From assembly GCF_006345805.1 (NCBI RefSeq), contig NC_042999.1, forward strand, positions 22,692,001-22,756,000: a stretch of DNA of 64,000 nt, written 5' to 3'. Of this stretch, positions 54,936 through 64,000 are shown one piece after another (position 1 is the first letter of the stretch; each line of letters begins with the position of its first letter). Source of the DNA: Octopus sinensis. Taxonomy: Eukaryota. The notes beneath the pieces were generated by a model, which made no database searches, was not told the origin of the DNA, and was given only the letters and a program-made list of their open reading frames with translations. The position numbers and the translations under genes are program-made.

Positions 54936-55564
54936 TTTCTTGAAACGAAATTGTAAAACATGTCAGGTGCAAGGTTGCTACTATTGCTGTTGTTGTTGTT
55001 AAGCAACAAGACGGGTAAGGGCGATGGTCTAGGGCTTAGGGGCGGGAGACTCCCAGACCTTGGAAAAAAAAACTTTGGTCGTCTTGTTGTTGTCGAGGGC
55101 TCTTCGCTGAAGCCCGACACCACTGGGAGGTGGCCCTCGAAGTCGCTGGAAATGGAGATCTCCAGGTCCAAATTCTTGGACGGCTGCTGTTGTTGCTGCT
55201 GGCACTGCTGTCTTCTTCTTCTTTTCTTCTTCTTCTTCTTCTTCTTCTTCTTCTTCTTCTTCTTCTTCTTCTTCTTCTTCCAATCACGACTCATGCCATT
55301 AGCTACAACGAATAATCTCTAATTCGAGCTTACTCTAAGCTACTAAGAATGCGTGTGGCAACTTGAAGATCCACCCACCACACGCGATAGACCGGCGTTT
55401 GCACGGGCGCGGAAGCTACGTTGTTATCCTCATTCCGTAAACGGTGGCTTTTAACGGGTGGAGAGCTGAACCATCCTGGGGTACAGAGGATTCGCTATCT
55501 AGACTAGAGTCTGAAAGTTTACCACACCATAGTGGGTTACACCATGGTTCCTCTGCTTTGTGGC

Positions 55565-56378
55565 AGAAGTAGGGAGAAAGAGCGAGAGAAAGTTGTGAAA
55601 GAGTACAGCGGGGTTCACCACCCTCCCCCGCCGTTGGCTCGTGGAGCTTAGGTGTTTTTGCTCAATAAACACTCACAATGCCCGGTCTGGGAATCGAAAC
55701 CGCGTTCTTACGACTGCGAGTCCGCTACCCTAACCACTGGGACATTGCGGCTCCACTGCTGCTGTTACTGTTGCTGTTGCTGTTGAGCGAACGGCCTTCT
55801 TCCCAGAGCTCGCAAGATGGGAGAAGTCCGAAACGTGGTCCTTTGCTATTCGTAAGACCCGCAGAAGAGAAAGCAGGTCAACCCCCGACACCGAGAGCAT
55901 CGACGGATGGATGAGTGCGCATCCAGGCTCTGCGGTTGCGTAGGAAGCCGGGGACAAGAAACAGGAAGAAAGAGTGAGAGGAAGTTGGGGCGAAAGAGTA
56001 CAACAGGGTTCGCCACCACTCCCTGCCGGAGCCTCATGGAGCTTTAGGTGTTTTCGCTCAATAAACACACACAACGCCCGGACTGGGAATCGAAACCGCG
56101 ATCCTACAACCACTCTGTCACTGAACCCGGAACCATGTTTTTCGTAAGCAAGCTACTTACTACACAGTCACACCCACGCCTATATATATATAGGTATGTT
56201 TATCTGTATGCACGTCCTTTTATATATTAATACGTTTATTTAGTAGTCTCTGTGCTTCTCTGTGTTTTTGCTTTAGGTGTTTTTGCTCAATAAACACACA
56301 CAACGCCCGGACTGGGAATCGAAACTGCGATCCTCCGACCGCGAGTCTGCTGCCCTAACCACTGGGCTATTGCTCCTC
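55565..56378 (-). mobile_element. Cluster of SINE-C copies (three heads) plus a SINE-B head
   Basis: Heads at ~55565-55752, 55785-56108 and 56270-56378; SINE-B head at 56110-56182. Confidence 0.8.
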
Positions 56379-57243
56379 CACTGCTGCTGTTGTTGCTGTT
56401 TAGCCTTCGGTCGTCTCTGATTACGCAAACCTTTGAACAAAGACATTCCAGCTGTGACCGCAAGCGTTTCTCATGGTATAACACAAGGGAGATTTAACTG
56501 CAATTTCTAGCGAGTTGAGCTGAGATATAACCGCTCCCTCGTTGCTCTTGTACTCTCTTGTTCGCATAAAGTTAATTATTATCCAAGATGAAAAAGGTTA
56601 AGACTGTTTTTCTTTTTTACCGATACCCAATATGCTAGAAACGTCAGTTTTATTTATGTCTCCACTTGGAAATACGAAAGCGCAGTTTTATACGGAGCTA
56701 TAGCCCTACATTATTGTAAATTTCGCAAACCATCGTTTAATCCAATCAACCACACAATTGTCAAAAGGTCGAAACTATTTCCAACGCTCAATGAACGAAT
56801 GGAGAATGTTAATAGAAATTGGCTGTCACGAGTCGATGTGAATCCGATTTCATTTAACTGTATCCCTTTGAGCAATATATTACATTCGGGCGAAAGGACC
56901 CCTATATAATTTATTCGCCATATTAGAATGCTGTATTATAGCGTTTTCGTGAGATATAATATAATATAAATGATTACTAAATTTGAAATAAACGCGAACG
57001 AATGAGATAATGCTTATACTTATGCCCTGCATTTACGATGCATCCCTCTGTGGTTTAGAAGTTTGCTGCGTAGCTATAATGTCTCAAGTTCAAATCGACG
57101 GCACGGCACCTTCTTTTGTTTTTTTTTTTTATCATAGCCTTTGGGCACGCCAAACCGTCTTTTACTTGTTTCCATCATTGAACCGCGGCCATGCTGGGAC
57201 ACCGTCTAAAAGGGTTTTATTCTTAACCAACACCCGATGAGAG

Positions 57244-57295
<52 letters not shown>

Positions 57296-57634
57296 GTATA
57301 TGTATGTATGTGTTTGTGGATGAGTGTGTTTGTATGTTAAGAAGCTTTTTTTGCAACTTATTTCTTTACTACCCACAAGGGGCTAAACACAGCATGTCGA
57401 CCTCGGGGGAATTTGAACTCAGAAAGTAACGGCAGACAAAATACTGCTAAACATTTCGCCCGGCGTGCTAACGTTTCTGCCAGCTCGCCGCCTTCTTTTT
57501 TTTTTTGCAATCACGTCGTTTCAGGTTCAGTCCCACTGCATGGTACCTTAGATAAGTGTCTTTTTCTACAACATTGGATTGATCAATGTCTTATGAGTAA
57601 ATTTGATTGACGGAAACTATGTGGAAGCTCGTAA

Positions 57635-57865
57635 GACGGCGAGCTGGCAGAATCGTTAGCACACCGGGCGAAATGCTTAGCGGTATTTCGTCTGCTGCTA
57701 CGTTCTGAGTTCAAATTCCGCCGAGGTCGACTTTGCCTTTCATCCTTGCGGGGTCAATTAAATAAGTACCAGTTGCGCACTGGGGTCGATATAATCGACT
57801 TAATCCGTTTATCTGTCTTTGTTTGTCCCCTCTATGTTTAGGCCTTTGTAGGCAATAAAGAATTA
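57635..57865 (+). mobile_element. SINE-A with 17 bp TSD inside an older SINE-B
   Basis: GGAAACTATGTGGAAGC at 57612-57628 and 57866-57882. Confidence 0.88.
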
Positions 57866-58255
57866 GGAAACTATGTGGAAGCCCGTAGCTTACACACACA
57901 TATGACAAAACTGCTATTGGTTTGGCTTAACTGATGTCAACAGAGGAATACTGAAGTTGGTATATGTGCCGCAGTAAATATACCTTTTCACAATGCATTT
58001 ACATTTACATCAAGCATGATACATAAATGACTATTTTAGTCTACTGTTCTGTTGCATAGAATGTATTTTTATTCAGCTTGGCAGGTATTGGCAACATCAG
58101 TTTTGTTTATTCACTGTTTTTCTATTTACCAGTATAATCAAGTTTTGTCTGAGCTTGCGGTTGGTTGTGTGTACATACTATTGACAACGCCCAATGAAGC
58201 TGAAATGATCTAGTATTTTACTAGTCAATGGACGGAGATTTTAGTCTCCCTCTGG

Positions 58256-58313
<58 letters not shown>

Positions 58314-58324
58314 GATAGATAGAT

Positions 58325-58356
<32 letters not shown>

Positions 58357-58631
58357 TGAGAGAGAGTATTTTTTTTAGAATTAAGGCGCATCAACACGCT
58401 GGACGCCAGAATTGGTTAGATACCATAACATATGGTTCATAGTGAGGTAAAACAATCATGAAGTGTCATGTGTTGGTAGTATACAGCAGGTATGTAGATA
58501 TGTAAGTACCAAATTCAATTTAAACCATAAGTCCAAATCAATGCTGGCTCCAGGTGCGGTGTATATATAAAAGAACACACGTGAGAGTTAAAATTTAGTA
58601 GTAAATTTAAAACACCATTTGTGCACTTATA

Positions 58632-58765
58632 TAATATATATATATATATATCACCGTGACCGACCAGGCTATCAGATGTTGTTACACATCGCTGGTCACA
58701 ATGCGCTTCGCATTGTTGTTAGCCTTCAAATGATTGCACCCCGCTGGCTAAGCGAGCAGGCCAAT
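58632..58765 (-). mobile_element. SINE-C (AT)n-tail variant, 3' part
   Basis: Reverse complement matches 63395-63516; flanked by (AT)n. Confidence 0.8.
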
Positions 58766-58815
58766 ATATATATATATATAATATAATAAATAATATATAT
58801 AATATACATACATAC

Positions 58816-58895
58816 ATCCCGAGCGTCAAGCTAATACACCTGCTTGTTGTTCACACACCTGTTTTCGTCTTTTGTTTTTCTGTAAATTTCAACTA
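58816..58895 (+). mobile_element. Pseudo-LTR family 3' terminal fragment
   Basis: CCCGAGCGTCAAGCTAATACACCTGCTTGTTGTTCACACACCTGTTTTCGTCTTTTGTTTTTCTGTAAATTTCAACTATA. Confidence 0.6.
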
Positions 58896-58901
58896 TATGC
58901 A

Positions 58902-58946
<45 letters not shown>

Positions 58947-59169
58947 GGGTTTATGCTGGGTTACATTTCGCAATGTGTCCGTTTTTCGTTTAACAAAGTG
59001 GTAAGGTGAGATTTAAGGGTGGTGTGGCTGCTATTTCGATAGAGGTCGAATTGCCGGCAAGTAATCGTTCTCCAGTAATCGATAACATATATTTGTTGAT
59101 TTATTGAATTATACCCTTCCATGATTGTGCATATATTGAAAATCATAAATCATTGCAAATTAATAAAAT

Positions 59170-60690
<1,521 letters not shown>

Positions 60691-61110
60691 GCAATATTAT
60701 TGTAGGTGTCGAAATTGTAGTGATATTTGGTCGATAACTGATGAGGGAATGAGCATGTCTGCGTTTATTATGCATGTTTTTCCAGTTATTGTCAATGTTC
60801 CTTTGCCATGTCCATGCCAGACTTTTATTGTTATATGTGTGTGTGTTTGTGTGTTTGCGTGTGCGTGTTTGTATATATCTCTACCTATCTATCCTTCTAT
60901 CTACATATATAAAATTATACCTCCACGCTAGAAATAGCAGCCAAAACCTAACTCTAAAACCACATGAAATGTTCATACCGCACCAGTAGAGATGACAAAA
61001 GGACAAGATGAACTAGCAAAAAATTACTGGATAATTCCAGATCCTGGATTTCTGGCCACTTGATAAGATCGATAATTAAATTAACGATCTTATCCATATT
61101 TATATAAATT

Positions 61111-61116
<6 letters not shown>

Positions 61117-61144
<28 letters not shown>

Positions 61145-61381
61145 TAGTTAATCCAAACATGAAAACATAAAGAGAATACACAACAACGCGGGGACGTGGA
61201 ACAAGTATAGTGTTATTGGACGCTCAGGAAAAGGAAGAAAGTAGGAGGATTTAACGTTTCGAGGGGAACTCTTCGTCAGAAACATAGGAAAAAGAAAGAT
61301 CCAAGGAAGGGAAGACGGAGAAAGAAAATCGCCAACGCTACACACGCGGTCACACACACACACACAAACACACACAACACA

Positions 61382-61415
<34 letters not shown>

Positions 61416-61651
61416 ACACACAATATATATATAGTTAATCCAAACAAGAAAGCACAAAAAAAACACACAACGCGAGAGACGTGGAACAAATATAGTATTA
61501 TTGGATGCTCAGGAAAGAGGAAAGGAAAGAAGGAGGGTTAACGTTCGAGCGGAGCTCTTCGTCGGAAACATAGGAGAAGGAAAGATCCAGAGAAGAGAAG
61601 ACAGAGGAAAAAAATCGCCAACGCTACACACGCGGTCACACACACACACAA

Positions 61652-61711
<60 letters not shown>

Positions 61712-61925
61712 GTTAATCCAAACAAGAAAGCACAAAAAAACACAACAACGCGAGGACGTGGAACAAATATAGTATTATTGGATGCTCAGGAAAGAAGGAA
61801 AGAAGGAGGGTTTAACGTTTCGAGCGGAGCTCTTCGTCGGAAACATAGGAGAAGGAAAGATCCAGAGAAGAGAAGACAGAGGAAAAAAATCGCCAACGGT
61901 ACACACGCGGTCACATATATACATA
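61117..61925 (-). repeat. ~275-286 bp tandem repeat x3 with minimal hammerhead motif and embedded (TG)n
   Basis: Units begin ATAGTTAATCCAAAC at ~61144, ~61431 and ~61709; motifs at 61248-61283, 61536-61568 and 61811-61843. Confidence 0.85.
61248..61283 (-). ncRNA. Minimal type I hammerhead motif (intact core copy)
   Basis: GTTT-CTGACGA-A-GAG-TTCCC-CTC-GAAAC-GTT-AAAT; loop-less ACGT stem III typical of dimer-forming Penelope-type motifs. Confidence 0.65.
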
Positions 61926-62433
61926 TATAAACATGTGTGTGTGTGGTGTGTGTGTGTGTGTGTGTGTGTAGGTGTGCGCGTAACGTTACATTTACATGTA
62001 TGCAGACTCAAGCTCCCAACTCGCGCGAGTGTCTACTTTGACTCTCTTCTTCGACCAGCAATTTGCGAAAACGCAGAGGTTCAATGGACGATATGTGACG
62101 TTCTTTGTTAAAGAATCGTACCTTTGTTTCTTTTCTGTATTTTTTGTTCTCAGTCAATAGCGCAGTATTGTGCTAAGCATTTATTAAAATCTCACATTAT
62201 TCTAAATTCTTGGAAACGTGATGATTTTCCGCTAGCCATTGGATCGTATGTAGAAAGCCATTAAATATTTCGTCTTCATATCGTATAGCTGGTTGAATTT
62301 AGCAATTTGGACATATACAGAGATACCCTCACTTTATGATCACTTACTAAAACAATATATTTTTGTATTTTAAAAAATTAAACGTCAAAATGAAAGGATA
62401 ATTCGATGGCTAATGTAATTGATATTAATTTAA

Positions 62434-62500
<67 letters not shown>

Positions 62501-62869
62501 TTAATAATAATTTAAATGGAAATTTGACAAGGTAGTTGATGCTACATCGAAGAGGCCAGGGAATAGAAGAAAGAAGACATGCACCCAACACCAGAGCTGA
62601 AGACACCTCCGAAAGCGGGGCCCCACCACGTCAAAACGGTAGAGGAGTAGGGGCCGAAACCGGACGTGGTTCCTCCTGATGATGTCTTGAGCTAACTGGA
62701 TCCTATAAAGGAGCTGTTGTGGTAGCAGACCACGAAACACGGTTGAAAGTCCTCAGAAAGAAATGGAAAACAACTTTAAAAACAAAATAGAGATCGTGAA
62801 TGAACAAAAACCGAGAAAATTGTTCAAATTTACCTTTCGGCCAGCCAAGTGTTTCTTTTAGCTTTTTAT

Positions 62870-63240
62870 ATTTTATTCGCTTCAGTCATGTACTTGCGGC
62901 CATGCTGGGGCACCACTTTGATAAGTTTCGCGGAACGAATCGATTCCTGTACTTATTTCTCTTTCTAAGTTTGACACTTATTCTATCAGTCTTTTATGCC
63001 GAACCACTAGGTTCCACAGACGTAAACAAACCAATACCGCTTGACAACCGGCATTAGTTTGTTTACGTCCCCTCAAGTAAGCAGTTACAATGGACTTCTA
63101 CACAATTTCCGTCTACGAAATTCTCTCACAAGTTATTGACTGGCTTGGGGCCATAATACAATACACACTTGCCCAATGTACCGCGCAGTGTGTTTGCAAA
63201 GCGAGGTTCGTGACCACATACCTATGTCTGCACCTACATA
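62870..63240 (-). mobile_element. SINE-B degenerate copy
   Basis: GCGGCCATGCTGGGGCACC...CGCTTGACAACC...ACACTTGCCCAATG. Confidence 0.75.
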
Positions 63241-63252
63241 TATATGTGTGGA

Positions 63253-63516
63253 GGCGCAAAAGCCCAGTGGTTAGGGCAGCGGACTCGCGGTCGTAGGATC
63301 GCTGTTTCGATTCCCAAACCGTGCGTTGTGAGTGCTTATTGAGCGAAAACACCTAAAACACCTAAAGATTCCACACTTTCTCCCACTCTTTCTTCTGTTG
63401 GCCTGCTCGCCTAGCCAGCAGGGTGGCGTCATTCGAAGGCTAAAACAATGCGAACGCATTGTGACCAGCGATGTGTAACAACATCTGATGGTCTGGTCTG
63501 TCACGTGATCACGTGA
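63253..63516 (+). mobile_element. SINE-C (AT)n-tail variant
   Basis: tRNA-like head CCCAGTGGTTAGGGCAGCGGACTCGCGGTCG, tail ...GTCACGTGAT running into (AT)n. Confidence 0.85.
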
Positions 63517-63659
63517 TATATATATATATATATATAATATATATATATATATATGTATGTATGTATATATATATGTATATATACATATATGTATATATAT
63601 GTGTTTGTGTGTGAGTGTGTGTGTATATACACACACACACACACACACACATATATATT

Positions 63660-64000
63660 TCCTTCTCCTTTTTCTTCTCGTTTTACAATCGTGCCCGATT
63701 ACAAACCTTTCCTCCTCGATCTCCACAAGCGCCTAAAACAACACCTTCGCACTCTTCCTTCCCGCTACTTTCAGCCTTCTATTCACCTTTCCCTACTAAT
63801 TTTCAAAAAAAAAAAACACTTCGCCATGATAAATCGCTAGCCACTACACATTCTTTATTTTCTCTCCTTATTTCTTTCTGTGTTCTTTTCTGTGGAAGAT
63901 CGTAGGCTCGAAACGTTAAAGACTTTTTCACTTCCCGAGCGTTATACTAATACATGTGTTCGTTGTCTACACCACTTGTCTTCGTCTTTTGTTTTTTATT
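63660..64000 (+). mobile_element. Penelope-like pseudo-LTR with variant hammerhead motif
   Basis: TTTT-CTGTGGA-A-GATC-GTAG-GCTC-GAAAC-GTT-AAAG at 63886-63921; downstream matches 4274-4360 and 58816-58895. Confidence 0.55.

Noticed and set aside
55320-55560. GC-richer segment upstream of the SINE-C cluster
   Set aside because: No recognisable motif, ORF homology or structure that I can support.
55800-55850. GAAAC-GTG-GTC half-hammerhead in the SINE-C tail
   Set aside because: No upstream CUGAnGA with a matching stem I.
61117-61925. CRISPR-like repeat-spacer array
   Set aside because: Eukaryotic context, long units, and the variable parts are microsatellite length changes rather than unique spacers.

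Overview
Eukaryotic, AT-rich, microsatellite-saturated non-genic DNA. I infer an octopus-type cephalopod genome from the SINE repertoire and repeat density. The assembly is scaffolded (100-N gap at 28738-28837), and paralogous copies differ mostly by 1-nt indels, so some indels may be consensus errors. No host gene is recognisable; nearly every six-frame ORF is a translated microsatellite or a transposon fragment. Two microsatellite-linked retroelement systems dominate. (1) (TAA)n tracts hold a strand-specific pile-up of R4/Dong-clade RT+RLE retrotransposons: at least five sequence families, two ~3.1 kb near-intact copies in tandem, and a ~560 bp non-coding element with fixed ends that follows the same targeting rule. 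(2) (AT)n tracts hold several unrelated short repeats carrying type I hammerhead-ribozyme motifs (CUGAnGA...GAAAC...GUH) in tandem and/or fold-back arrangements, resembling Penelope pseudo-LTRs or retrozymes. The best examples are a ~480 bp tandem array with an internal inversion (28838-30675), a perfect 157 bp fold-back (19601-19927) and a ~280 bp x3 array (61117-61925). Also present: an HDV-like ribozyme-shaped RTE 5' remnant, three tRNA-derived SINE families, a non-autonomous Helitron (2 copies), mariner, Tigger, RTE, CR1 and L2 fragments, and several local duplications. Ribozyme calls are by-eye folds and are untested.
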